A stretch of 64,000 bases of DNA from a phage. Position 1 is the first letter of the stretch; each line of letters starts with the position of its first letter. The translations under genes were made by a program, and so were the position numbers. The notes under the pieces were generated by a model. That model ran no database searches, was not told where the DNA came from, and saw only the letters and a list, made by a program, of their open reading frames with translations. The stretch lies in sequence record PZ019086.1. The stretch is one strand, 5' to 3'. This document shows, in pieces, positions 45,666-55,555 of this stretch.

Positions 45666-47929
45666 TATAATTTACACGCTGCGCAATCATCGGCTTTTGG
45701 AGCTTCTATTTCATAATCATCAGTACCAGAACCATCGCGGGTATTATGATAATAGAAATTTTTAATGCCATAATACCATCCGTATAGCATGTCATCAATC
45801 ATTATTGACATTGGAACCTTTCCTTTTGGAAAAATCTGTGGGTCATAATATGTATTCGCTGAAGCTGATTGACATACCCATTTCAGCATAATAGCTACTT
45901 GCGTAAGATAAGGTTTATTACCTTTCTTAGCTAATTTCCATGTATAATCATAGAGGTCTATGTTATGTTCAATATTGGGCACGACTTGATTAAAGGAACC
46001 CTCTTTTGATTCTTTAACAGAGACTGGTCCACGTGGAGGCTCGATACCGTTTGTACTGTTAGAAACTTGGGAAGATGACTCACATGGCATAAGTGCTGAT
46101 AATGTGCTATTACGGATGCCAAAGAGCTTAAGGTCTTCCCGCAGCGACGACCAGTCACAAACGTATTTTGGAGCTGCGATTTGGTCAATCTTTTTATTGT
46201 ACCAGTCGATAGGTAATTCGCCTCGAGACCAACGAGTGTCTGAATAATATTCGCAAGGTCCTTTTTCTTTGGCGAGCTTAATTGATGCTTTAATGAGTCC
46301 ATACTGCAATCTCTCAAATAGTTCATGTGTTAAATCGTTAGCATCTTCGTAAGAAGCAAAATTACTTGCTAGCCAAGCTGCATAGTTAGTAACACCTACG
46401 CCAAGGTTTCGACGTTTTTTAGCTTTTTCTGCTTCAGGAACTGGATATCCTTGGTAATCCAAAAGATTATCAAGAGCACGAACTTGGACTTCTGCCAATT
46501 CATTAATTTTATCTTGGTCTTGCCAATCAAAGTTATCTAACACAAATGCAGATAACGTACACAATCCAATTTCAGCATCAGGACTATTCACATCATTTGT
46601 TGGAATAGCAATTTCACAACACAAGTTACTCTGACGAATAGGTGCCTTTTCACGAATAAATGGCGTATAGTTATTCGTATTATCAATGAACTGTACATAA
46701 ATCCTTGCTGTTCCTGAGCGTTCAGTCATGAGCAATTCAAACAGTTCACGGGCTTTAATGCGCTTTTTACGAATATTAGGGTCTTTTTCTGCGGCTTCGT
46801 ATAATTCACGGAAACGGTCTTGGTCTTTAAAATAAGAATAATAAAGTTCGCCACCCATTTCATGTGGACTGAACAAAGTGATGTAATCATTCTTTCCGAA
46901 TCGTTCCATCATTAGGTCATTCAGTTGAACGCCATAATCCATATGACGGATACGGTTTTCTTCTACACCTTTGTTATTTTTCAAAACGAGAAGATTTTCA
47001 ACTTCCAAATGCCAAATAGGATAATAAGCAGTAGCAGCGCCGCCACGAATTCCACCCTGTGAACATGATTTAACAGCAGTTTGAAAATGTTTCCAAAAAG
47101 GAATAACACCAGTATGACGTACTTCACCTGTGCCAATCTTAGAACCTTCGGCACGAATCATACCAACGTTAATACCAATTCCAGCACGTTTGGAGATATA
47201 TTCAACAATTGAAGCGGAAGCCTTATTGATAGACTTTAATGAATCACCCGCCTCAATAACAACGCATGAACTAAACTGTCGAGTTGGAGTACGGCAACCA
47301 GCCATAATAGGAGTTGGCAATGAAATCTGTCGAGTAGATACTGCTTCATAAAAACGAATAACGTGTTTTAATCTATCAACAGGTTCATCTTGATGTAATG
47401 CCATTCCAATAGTCATAAATGCAAACTGCGGAGTTTCATAAATTTGACCAGTGGTTTTATCTTTAACTAGATATTTTTCTTTTAATTGCATCGCCCCGGA
47501 ATAAGTAAATTCCATATCCCGCTCATGCTTAATTTTTGATTCTAAAAATGTAATTTCTTCAGCAGAATATTTTGACAACAATTCAGGGTCATATTTACCT
47601 TCATTTACACAGTAAGAAATATGGTCAATAAATGAACGTGGTTCATATTGCCCGTAAACATGCTTACGAAGAGCAAACATTAAACACCGTGCAGCTACAT
47701 ATTGATAATCAGGCTCTTCAACTGAAATAGAATTCGCAGCAGCCTTAATGACAATAGTCTGAATGTCATCAGTTGTCATTCCATCACGGAGATATGATTT
47801 AATATTTTCATATAATTCATAAGGATCTACAGATGTTCCTTCAGCTGCCCAGGATAAAACTTTAATAATTTTTTGCGGGTCAAAGCTCTGAGAAACACCA
47901 CTACTTTTGATAACATTAATTAATTGCAT
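45665..47929 (-). CDS. nrdA: Ribonucleotide reductase large subunit NrdA, 754 aa
   Basis: 754 aa with ATP-cone N-terminus and class I RNR active-site region; length as T4 NrdA. Confidence 0.97.
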   Translation of the reverse strand: MQLINVIKSSGVSQSFDPQKIIKVLSWAAEGTSVDPYELYENIKSYLRDGMTTDDIQTIVIKAAANSISVEEPDYQYVAARCLMFALRKHVYGQYEPRSFIDHISYCVNEGKYDPELLSKYSAEEITFLESKIKHERDMEFTYSGAMQLKEKYLVKDKTTGQIYETPQFAFMTIGMALHQDEPVDRLKHVIRFYEAVSTRQISLPTPIMAGCRTPTRQFSSCVVIEAGDSLKSINKASASIVEYISKRAGIGINVGMIRAEGSKIGTGEVRHTGVIPFWKHFQTAVKSCSQGGIRGGAATAYYPIWHLEVENLLVLKNNKGVEENRIRHMDYGVQLNDLMMERFGKNDYITLFSPHEMGGELYYSYFKDQDRFRELYEAAEKDPNIRKKRIKARELFELLMTERSGTARIYVQFIDNTNNYTPFIREKAPIRQSNLCCEIAIPTNDVNSPDAEIGLCTLSAFVLDNFDWQDQDKINELAEVQVRALDNLLDYQGYPVPEAEKAKKRRNLGVGVTNYAAWLASNFASYEDANDLTHELFERLQYGLIKASIKLAKEKGPCEYYSDTRWSRGELPIDWYNKKIDQIAAPKYVCDWSSLREDLKLFGIRNSTLSALMPCESSSQVSNSTNGIEPPRGPVSVKESKEGSFNQVVPNIEHNIDLYDYTWKLAKKGNKPYLTQVAIMLKWVCQSASANTYYDPQIFPKGKVPMSIMIDDMLYGWYYGIKNFYYHNTRDGSGTDDYEIEAPKADDCAACKL

Positions 47930-48246
47930 AAGTCCTCAACTTGAAAATCGTCTTTAAACAATCGGTTAACTATATGAGCTATTATATCACCATGACACGG
48001 CTTTGGTTTACATGTGCATCCTAGCCTCATTCCACGTAAAGGCTCTAAATGTGCTTTAGTTATTTCTCCGGATTTAATTCGACGTATAAAATCTTTTTTG
48101 AATAATTCAATGGCAGCCTCCCGGCTGCCAGCATCTTTACCGACGTAATTTCCCCAAAATGTACCACGGTGAATATTAACATCAAAGTCGGATTTATATT
48201 TATTCACTACCTGGCATAGACGGCCCGCGCGGTAATAATTCGTCAT
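47920..48246 (-). CDS. DUF4326-like small protein, 108 aa
   Basis: Motifs TFWGN and [13 protein letters not shown] resemble what I recall of the DUF4326 family. Confidence 0.6.
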   Translation of the reverse strand: MTNYYRAGRLCQVVNKYKSDFDVNIHRGTFWGNYVGKDAGSREAAIELFKKDFIRRIKSGEITKAHLEPLRGMRLGCTCKPKPCHGDIIAHIVNRLFKDDFQVEDLCN

Positions 48247-48475
48247 ATTGTTGTTCCGTTAAAACAGTAATATCATAATAACAATCAGAAGAAGTTTTAA
48301 CTGTGGAAATTTTATTATCAAAATACTCACGAGTCATTTTATGAGTATAATACTTTTTACCATAAATGATAATAGGTTGTTCTGGTCCTGGAACTTCTAA
48401 CTCGCTTGGATTAGGAAGTGTAAAAAGAACGACACCAGAAGTATCCTTAAATCGTAAAATCATATATCCTCTCAA
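48200..48475 (-). CDS. Hypothetical protein, 91 aa
   Basis: ORF between td and nrdA; overlaps the next ORF by 47 nt in another frame. Confidence 0.55.
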   Translation of the reverse strand: MRGYMILRFKDTSGVVLFTLPNPSELEVPGPEQPIIIYGKKYYTHKMTREYFDNKISTVKTSSDCYYDITVLTEQQYDELLPRGPSMPGSE

Positions 48476-48486
48476 TTAAATTAAAA

Positions 48487-49347
48487 TTACACCGCCATCT
48501 TTCCTTTAATTGGCGGGTGAGATACATAGTTGTTAAGAACAAAATTATGCGGCTTTGCGAATTGACTCAACCAAAATACCTGCGATTCTGTGTCCCATTC
48601 ATCAAATTCATCTGGAAATTTTAATTGTAATTCGCATAAATCCATAGGTTCACGACGCAAAATTTCTTTACATTGTTCTACGTGATTCATATAGATATGA
48701 GTATTACCACCAGAAAATATCAAATCTCCAGGAATAAGATTACACATCTTAGCTACAATATGAACTAACGCAGCATATGATGCAATGTTGAATGGCAAGC
48801 CCAAGAACACGTCAACACTTCTTTGATACCACTGCAAATCCAAATAGCCATTACGCACATTAAACTGATAGAACATATGACAAGGCGGTAATGCCATATA
48901 TTTAAGTTCAGCTGGATTCCATGCAGAAACAATTTGTCGCCTATCATTTGGTAGTTTTTTAATACGATCAATAACTTCTACAATTTGGTCTACACCACCA
49001 AAATCACGCCACTGTTTTCCATAAATTGGACCAAGTTCACCACTATGATATCCTAAATCTTTTGCTTGATTTTCGTAATTTTCATCCCAGACTGTTTTGC
49101 CTTGAATTAATGAATCATGTTGAATTAATCGTAAATCATTTACATTTGTGCTTCCCGATAAAAACCATATTAGCTCAGCAATGCAAGCTTTCCAGGCGAG
49201 CTTCTTAGTCGTTACTGCAGGAAAACCTTTAGTTAAATCCCAGCGTAATTTAGTACCGAACAAAGCAATTGTTCCTATGCCTGTTCGGTCATCGGTTTCA
49301 TAGCCATTTTCAAAAATGTCTTTAATTAAATCTTGGTATTGTTTCAT
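48487..49347 (-). CDS. td: Thymidylate synthase, 286 aa, uninterrupted
   Basis: Full-length continuous TS with active-site region ALPPCHMFYQF; no intron or I-TevI ORF. Confidence 0.97.
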   Translation of the reverse strand: MKQYQDLIKDIFENGYETDDRTGIGTIALFGTKLRWDLTKGFPAVTTKKLAWKACIAELIWFLSGSTNVNDLRLIQHDSLIQGKTVWDENYENQAKDLGYHSGELGPIYGKQWRDFGGVDQIVEVIDRIKKLPNDRRQIVSAWNPAELKYMALPPCHMFYQFNVRNGYLDLQWYQRSVDVFLGLPFNIASYAALVHIVAKMCNLIPGDLIFSGGNTHIYMNHVEQCKEILRREPMDLCELQLKFPDEFDEWDTESQVFWLSQFAKPHNFVLNNYVSHPPIKGKMAV

Positions 49348-49392
49348 TTAGTACCTTATATAAATTATAATACATTTTATGAAGCTAAATAA

Positions 49393-49752
49393 TCAATACG
49401 GTTTAGCATCAAATTTTCTTTCAATTTCAGGCGTGAAATATAATTCTTTACCACGTTTGGAAAAGCGACCAATAATATGATAATTATTCTCATCAAACGT
49501 GATATTGCCAATATCCATAGCTTTCAACCAAATATCAATATTTCTGTCAAGCTTTATATCAAAATTCCAATACGGAGAACTATTACCGAAAATACTGCAA
49601 GCGGATTCAGTGAAACAACTGCTATAAATCTTGTCTTTAGGAACTACTAATTGATAGACGCCTTTAATAAACTGAGGACCCTGCCATTTTGGCTGTTTCG
49701 CGTCTTTTTCTAATAGAATAGGATAATAATTAAAGTTCATATTTTCCGCCAT
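49393..49752 (-). CDS. Hypothetical protein, 119 aa, between frd and td
   Basis: ORF with no recognised domain; not expected at this junction in T4 as I recall. Confidence 0.6.
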   Translation of the reverse strand: MAENMNFNYYPILLEKDAKQPKWQGPQFIKGVYQLVVPKDKIYSSCFTESACSIFGNSSPYWNFDIKLDRNIDIWLKAMDIGNITFDENNYHIIGRFSKRGKELYFTPEIERKFDAKPY

Positions 49753-49760
49753 GCGTTATT

Positions 49761-50587
<827 letters not shown>

Positions 50588-50597
50588 ATTATTTTCC

Positions 50598-50840
50598 TTA
50601 AACAGACTTTTTCACAATTTTCCAATCAGCTTTAAACTGTTCAACATCAGAATGGTAAATCCAAAACCCTGCGCTTTCTCCATCCTCATAAAGAGGACAT
50701 CTATCGCATTCATCTTCCCATCCCATATCACGCAAAAGACGTTCAGCTTTTTCAACAAGTTCAGAATCTTTACCGATGATATTAAAATACCATTTACCTC
50801 TAACTTCTGAATCTTTAATGCTCTGGCGTTGTAATCTCAT
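50598..50840 (-). CDS. Hypothetical protein, 80 aa
   Basis: ORF with GGAGAA RBS and upstream early promoter. Confidence 0.6.
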   Translation of the reverse strand: MRLQRQSIKDSEVRGKWYFNIIGKDSELVEKAERLLRDMGWEDECDRCPLYEDGESAGFWIYHSDVEQFKADWKIVKKSV

Positions 50841-50865
50841 TTTATTCTCCTTAGTTGATAGGGTA

Positions 50866-50894
50866 ATAGTATCACACTACTACCCTTCTGTAAA
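50866..50894 (-). promoter_or_regulatory. T4-type early promoter GTTTACA-N17-TACTAT
   Basis: Minus strand GTTTACAGAAGGGTAGTAGTGTGATACTAT upstream of ORF start 50840. Confidence 0.6.
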
Positions 50895-51275
50895 CTACTT
50901 TTTGAAAGTTTTTCGCAAAAGTTCAATGATTTCATCTACATTGTTTTCGTCTACAATGCAGTGAATTTTTGTTACGCCAGAAACCTTGTCTTTAGCTTCA
51001 TCTTCTTCAGAAGTCGGTTCTTTATACTCACGAAAACAATGAAATTCGTCTTCACAAATTTCTAAAAGTCTATCTTTGAGGTAAAAATGCTTTCCATTAG
51101 CGCATTCAATGTGTTTTACCGCTTTAAATCCATTAGCAAAGAAAGCTTCTTTAACTTCAAACCATCCGCCATTTTCTTGAATAATTTTAACTATTGACGC
51201 GTTAGATCGTGGGCTATAATTAATAAATGTATCAATAAGTCTTGGAACAAGCTCATACTTTTTGCCAATATACAT
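50895..51275 (-). CDS. Hypothetical protein, 126 aa
   Basis: ORF between gene 32 and frd. Confidence 0.6.
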   Translation of the reverse strand: MYIGKKYELVPRLIDTFINYSPRSNASIVKIIQENGGWFEVKEAFFANGFKAVKHIECANGKHFYLKDRLLEICEDEFHCFREYKEPTSEEDEAKDKVSGVTKIHCIVDENNVDEIIELLRKTFKK

Positions 51276-51319
51276 TACGTTTTCCTCATTTTGATAGGGG
51301 CTTGATAGCCCCTTGATAA

Positions 51320-51547
51320 TTACTGCTCAATAAATCCTGTGTAAAATTCTACATCTTCATCATCCATACCGTCACAGTATTCATTAACCATAAACTGTTT
51401 AAGACGATTTAAAGGACCTTCAATAACAACTGAAACATTGCAATTAGGATCATTTAGTGCGCTTATGATATTAAGTTCAGGATAACGATTACGAATAATT
51501 TCTTCAAAATATTCAAAATCAATAACATCAATATCAACTTTAGCCAT
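51320..51547 (-). CDS. Hypothetical protein, about 75 aa
   Basis: ATG at 51547 (MAKVDIDV...) with AAGAGGA RBS; ORF-track N-terminal extension would run through the gene 32 terminator and an early promoter. Confidence 0.55.
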   Translation of the reverse strand: MAKVDIDVIDFEYFEEIIRNRYPELNIISALNDPNCNVSVVIEGPLNRLKQFMVNEYCDGMDDEDVEFYTGFIEQ

Positions 51548-51590
51548 ATTGTTTTCCTCTTTAATCATCAGCAGTATTGCCGATAGTTGT

Positions 51591-51619
51591 ATAGTACCAT
51601 AGTCCTTGTGGCATGTAAA
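51591..51619 (-). promoter_or_regulatory. T4-type early promoter GTTTACA-N17-TACTAT
   Basis: Minus strand GTTTACATGCCACAAGGACTATGGTACTAT about 45 nt upstream of ATG 51547. Confidence 0.6.
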
Positions 51620-51630
51620 CCGTTTTGTGA

Positions 51631-51671
51631 AAAAATTTTTGAAATAAAAAAAGGGGACCTCTAGGGTCCCC
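51631..51671 (-). terminator. Rho-independent terminator after gene 32 (minus strand)
   Basis: GGGGACC-loop-GGTCCCC hairpin followed on the minus strand by a long T-rich run. Confidence 0.7.
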
Positions 51672-51693
51672 AATTAATTAGTAATATAATCTA

Positions 51694-52602
51694 TTAAAGG
51701 TCATTCAAAAGGTCATCCAGGTCCGTGTCATCAGCACTAGATGAACTGCCAGAGCTTGAGCTCATAAAATCATCTTCAGTTTTTGTTTTGAAGTCATCAA
51801 CATTAAATGCATCCAAATCATCAGCAACTTTATCAGCTTTCTTAGCGGCAGTTGCTGCGGCACCACCCATAGCAGCAGTTCCCATAACTTGACTGAACTT
51901 AGTGCTCAGTTCTTCAAACGATTTGAATTTATCTTTAGAAGTCATTTCAGAAAGGTCAACCATTTGTTCGAACAATTCTTTCTGGAAAGATTCATCATCA
52001 ATGTTTGGAATCGCAGATTGATTCAGGAATTTAGATTCGTCGTAGTTACTAAAACCAGAAACTTGTTTAACTTTCAGTACAAAGTTAGCACCTTCCCACG
52101 GACAAGTTACATCAACCGGAGTTTCACCCATTTCAACATCAACTGCAATCATTGCATTGATTTTATCCCAGATTTTCTTACCGAAACGATATTTAAATAC
52201 TTTACCTTCATTTTCTGGAGCAGCTGGGTCTTTTACAACAAGAATGTTAGCCCAGTAAGAAGTTTTACGTTTAACAAGACCGTACTCTTTATTGTCAGTG
52301 TTGTACAAATCATTTTTACTGATGTACTGACATACTGGACAAGAATCGTAATCACCGTAGGTAGATGAGCATGTTTCGATATACCATTTACCATTTTTCT
52401 TGAAACCGTGATTTACAAGAAGTGCAAATGGTGCTTGTTCATCATTTTTAGACGGAAGAAAACGAATTACTGCTTGACCGTTACCCGCATTGTCGAGTTT
52501 CAGTTTCCACTCGCCTTTATCTTCAGAAGAAAAACCACCTTTATTTCCAGCCAGTTTAGCCATTTGTGCAGCGAGTTCAGCAGTAGATTTACGTTTAAAC
52601 AT
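51694..52602 (-). CDS. 32: Single-stranded DNA-binding protein gp32, 302 aa
   Basis: Zinc-binding Cys/His region, acidic C-terminal tail; length as T4 gp32. Confidence 0.97.
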   Translation of the reverse strand: MFKRKSTAELAAQMAKLAGNKGGFSSEDKGEWKLKLDNAGNGQAVIRFLPSKNDEQAPFALLVNHGFKKNGKWYIETCSSTYGDYDSCPVCQYISKNDLYNTDNKEYGLVKRKTSYWANILVVKDPAAPENEGKVFKYRFGKKIWDKINAMIAVDVEMGETPVDVTCPWEGANFVLKVKQVSGFSNYDESKFLNQSAIPNIDDESFQKELFEQMVDLSEMTSKDKFKSFEELSTKFSQVMGTAAMGGAAATAAKKADKVADDLDAFNVDDFKTKTEDDFMSSSSGSSSSADDTDLDDLLNDL

Positions 52603-52680
52603 TTTATTTCCTTTTTGATTTAATTAATTAACAGTTGGTGCTATGACACTTTACCTCATAGCTGGCATAATTCGCAATAC
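52603..52680 (-). promoter_or_regulatory. Gene 32 5' leader / autoregulatory translational operator
   Basis: Minus-strand leader ends TTAATTAATTAAATCAAAAAGGAAATAAAATG, an unstructured A/U-rich tract preceded by a possible pseudoknot-forming segment, as described for T4 gene 32. Confidence 0.55.
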
Positions 52681-53288
52681 TCTGGGTCTTCGAGAGGTAT
52701 CCAACCTGAGTTGAAATACTTTACCATCGATTTAGCAGTTGTATCAGTTATATTTATATTACCTTTAACTCTTCGCCATCCAGGAGTTTTACCGTACAGA
52801 TTAGAGGATAATAATAACACATAATTCTCGTAAGCAATATGAGATAATTTCCAAGACTCTATATTAGCTCGTGATGTTTTCCAAGGTCTGAAATCGTCAC
52901 GGTTCATATAATTAGCCAATCTCATATGCTCTCTAACTTCCGGGTCTTTGGCTGGATGAGTTTCACCACTCACACCAAATCCACCACCAGCATATACCAG
53001 ATTGAAATAATCTGGATTATCTCTGGCATTTACTTCAAGTTGGTATTTTCGTTCTGCTTCAATAACATCCAAGTCATCATCAATTTGAATTATTTTAACG
53101 CTCGGTTTTTGAAGCATTACCGCATTCAAAAATCTTTTTTGTTTACATGAACTCCAATATTCCTTTCCGGAAGAGTCATATATTATTCCGTTCTCAAATG
53201 AGCAATTTAATTTACTACCGATATAGTAGTATGGCGGAGTTTTATTTTTGACACGGTCTTCAAATGTAAACCAATATACTATATTCAT
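52656..53288 (-). CDS. segG: GIY-YIG homing endonuclease-like protein (SegG-like), 210 aa
   Basis: N-terminal GIY-YIG-like motif IVYWFTF ... PYYYIGSK; between genes 32 and 59 like T4 segG. Confidence 0.78.
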   Translation of the reverse strand: MNIVYWFTFEDRVKNKTPPYYYIGSKLNCSFENGIIYDSSGKEYWSSCKQKRFLNAVMLQKPSVKIIQIDDDLDVIEAERKYQLEVNARDNPDYFNLVYAGGGFGVSGETHPAKDPEVREHMRLANYMNRDDFRPWKTSRANIESWKLSHIAYENYVLLLSSNLYGKTPGWRRVKGNINITDTTAKSMVKYFNSGWIPLEDPEYCELCQL

Positions 53289-53289
53289 A

Positions 53290-53943
53290 TTAATACTTGC
53301 AAGATTTCACAGTTTCAATGAAAACACTTTTAGCTTTCTGTGAATCAATATTTAAAATTTTTCTATAAGCCTTTAACTTTATAGAATAATTATTCCAGAC
53401 TAAATTATCAGTCTGTTCATCATGTTTATCAATTATATTTAAAAACGAATCAAGCAAGATAAACGTCTCAAACGAAATTATATTCGATTGAAGTAGTTTA
53501 AAAATATAACTTGATTGAACTTTTGGATTATATTCAAAAATTTCTTTAAAAGCAGAAACTTCAACTTTTTTACTAAAATAATAAATGTTGCGAATATCTT
53601 CTTCAAACTTAAATTTAATTTGCTTTAAGCGTCCGATATATTCACGATAAAACACAAGTGCATCAGCGTCAGAGATGTCACCAATCCAAGCATCCTGGTT
53701 AGCAACCAGATTGCTTATAAAGATTAAAGCAAGTTCCTTTAATTTATATTTTTCTGATAACTTCTGGAAAAAATACTTATCCCTTCGCTTTTGATAAGCG
53801 GCATCAGACACCCGCATGCACCAATTATACTTAATTACATCATACTTTCCATTCATATGTTGTTTTATCATTAAGTATAATTTATAAACTGATTTACCAT
53901 CAATGTATCTTTCACCACCAGCAGGCATGCGGAGTTTAATCAT
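53290..53943 (-). CDS. 59: Helicase loader gp59, 217 aa
   Basis: 217 aa; matches T4 gp59 length and position. Confidence 0.95.
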   Translation of the reverse strand: MIKLRMPAGGERYIDGKSVYKLYLMIKQHMNGKYDVIKYNWCMRVSDAAYQKRRDKYFFQKLSEKYKLKELALIFISNLVANQDAWIGDISDADALVFYREYIGRLKQIKFKFEEDIRNIYYFSKKVEVSAFKEIFEYNPKVQSSYIFKLLQSNIISFETFILLDSFLNIIDKHDEQTDNLVWNNYSIKLKAYRKILNIDSQKAKSVFIETVKSCKY

Positions 53944-54278
53944 AGTAGAAAATCTAATGTATTAGTTTTTTCACAACGAACAACAGAAGGACGTAAAAGA
54001 TTTTCGTCAATAGCTTCTGACTGAATTTTTTCAATTATACCCGAAGGAATAAATTTAGCAAATTGAGTTTCAGGAATAGAATTTTCTTCCAAGAATGCTG
54101 TTGTAGCTTCAAGATAACTCATTCCAAACTCTTCTACCATTTTTTCAATAATAAATCCATTTTCTTGGCGGTCAAGAAGCTTTGCAATTTCATCCTTTTC
54201 TTTCTTAATTGAAAGTTCTTTTTCTGAAAGACCGGTCTCATCGACCGGACGAATATCATTTAGAGAAAACTGTGTCAT
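53940..54278 (-). CDS. 33: Late transcription co-activator gp33, 112 aa
   Basis: ATG at 54278 (MTQFSLNDIRP); ORF-track start is an upstream TTG. Confidence 0.9.
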   Translation of the reverse strand: MTQFSLNDIRPVDETGLSEKELSIKKEKDEIAKLLDRQENGFIIEKMVEEFGMSYLEATTAFLEENSIPETQFAKFIPSGIIEKIQSEAIDENLLRPSVVRCEKTNTLDFLL

Positions 54279-54525
54279 AAAGTTCAACTACCTCTTCAGT
54301 TTCAGCTTCAAACACATCACGATTATCTTTATGATACAAAGCTAACAGACGATTAAACATCTTGCCATCAACGCCAAGTTCATCTTTGGCACGAATTCGA
54401 ATATCTTTAATCAATTCATTATAACCAGAAATTTTCAGTTTATGATCAGATGCTTCTTTAATAAATTTAGCCAAGTCTTCGCCATGGATAGCTTCATCAA
54501 ATTCAACCATTTCTTTTTTAGCCAT
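54256..54525 (-). CDS. dsbA: Double-stranded DNA-binding protein DsbA, 89 aa
   Basis: 89 aa ORF overlapping gene 33 start, as in T4. Confidence 0.9.
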   Translation of the reverse strand: MAKKEMVEFDEAIHGEDLAKFIKEASDHKLKISGYNELIKDIRIRAKDELGVDGKMFNRLLALYHKDNRDVFEAETEEVVELYDTVFSK

Positions 54526-54533
54526 TATTCACC

Positions 54534-55451
54534 TCAAAATTCATTAATGCTATTAGTTAATTTAGAAAGACCCGCTTTTACAAAATATGAATAAATTTTG
54601 CCACGCGGTGGTAATTTATATGAATTATAGTAATTCACGATGTTTGAAGCAATATTATCAGGAATATAATCAAAATCAATTAGAACTAAATTTTCTTTAT
54701 AACGATTATATTCAGATTCTGTGAGAAGCACCTTAGCTTGCTCGCGGTCATTAGCAATAGCTTCAACAATAGAGGTTTTCATTGAAGGAGTTCGTTCACC
54801 TTCAACTCTGGTAAACCAAAAGTCAGACCGTACTTTAACTGAAGCAACGTTATCCTTTTTGTCACCTTTAAGGATTTTAGTCATACAGTCAATTTCAGCA
54901 GAACCGCTTTTAATTTTAACCCATTTCTTGTGCATCGGTGACCATTGCTTAACATTTGGGTATTTGTGAAGTTGAGTAAAGTCACCATCCGATGAAATGA
55001 TTAAAATCTTATGTCCTTCTAAAGAGAACTTTTTAACAAGAACAGCAATATGGTCATCTGCTTCATACTTATCAATATCCATAACAATGTATGGCATATA
55101 AGCTTTCAATTCATCTATAACTTTATGACTGGATTCAAAATAACCTTCCCAGTCCCAAGTAGATTCTTCTCGTGCTTTTCCACGGTTTTTCTTATAATAA
55201 TAAGCGAAATCACGACGCCAATATCCTGATTTTGCGTTATCAATACACAATACAATTTTAGTGTATCCAAGAGTTTTTGCTTTTTTGACATTAAACTTAA
55301 TTGAGTTCAATATCAAATGACGAACCATTGATAAATTAATTTTTTCTTTATCTGGGAAGTTTACCAGAGCAGTTGAAAGCGCAATTTGACTAAAGTCAAT
55401 TAAGCAGATTCCTTCTTTGTAATCTTCATCCAGCATCATTTCTAAATCCAT
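54534..55451 (-). CDS. rnh: RNase H (5'-3' exonuclease / flap endonuclease), 305 aa
   Basis: From ATG at 55451 (MDLEMMLDEDYKEGICLIDF...) matches remembered T4 RNase H. Confidence 0.95.
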   Translation of the reverse strand: MDLEMMLDEDYKEGICLIDFSQIALSTALVNFPDKEKINLSMVRHLILNSIKFNVKKAKTLGYTKIVLCIDNAKSGYWRRDFAYYYKKNRGKAREESTWDWEGYFESSHKVIDELKAYMPYIVMDIDKYEADDHIAVLVKKFSLEGHKILIISSDGDFTQLHKYPNVKQWSPMHKKWVKIKSGSAEIDCMTKILKGDKKDNVASVKVRSDFWFTRVEGERTPSMKTSIVEAIANDREQAKVLLTESEYNRYKENLVLIDFDYIPDNIASNIVNYYNSYKLPPRGKIYSYFVKAGLSKLTNSINEF

Positions 55452-55513
55452 ATGAACCTCGTTCAATTAGTGAGATTTCTATTATATACCATCCGAATCT
55501 TAAAGTAAACAAG

Positions 55514-55521
55514 TATAAATA
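55514..55521 (+). promoter_or_regulatory. Late promoter TATAAATA upstream of gene 34
   Basis: Exact TATAAATA about 35 nt upstream of gene 34 ATG, with GGAG RBS between. Confidence 0.65.
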
Positions 55522-55555
55522 CTTATTATTGAAAACACAATAGGAGCCCGGGAGA

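Noticed and set aside
51547-51673. N-terminal extension of the 117-aa ORF
   Set aside because: The extension would be translated through the gene 32 terminator hairpin and an early promoter; the internal ATG at 51547 has a strong AAGAGGA RBS.
51889-52368. 159-aa plus-strand ORF antisense to gene 32
   Set aside because: Lies within gp32 coding sequence on the opposite strand; no promoter or RBS; gp32 identity is secure.
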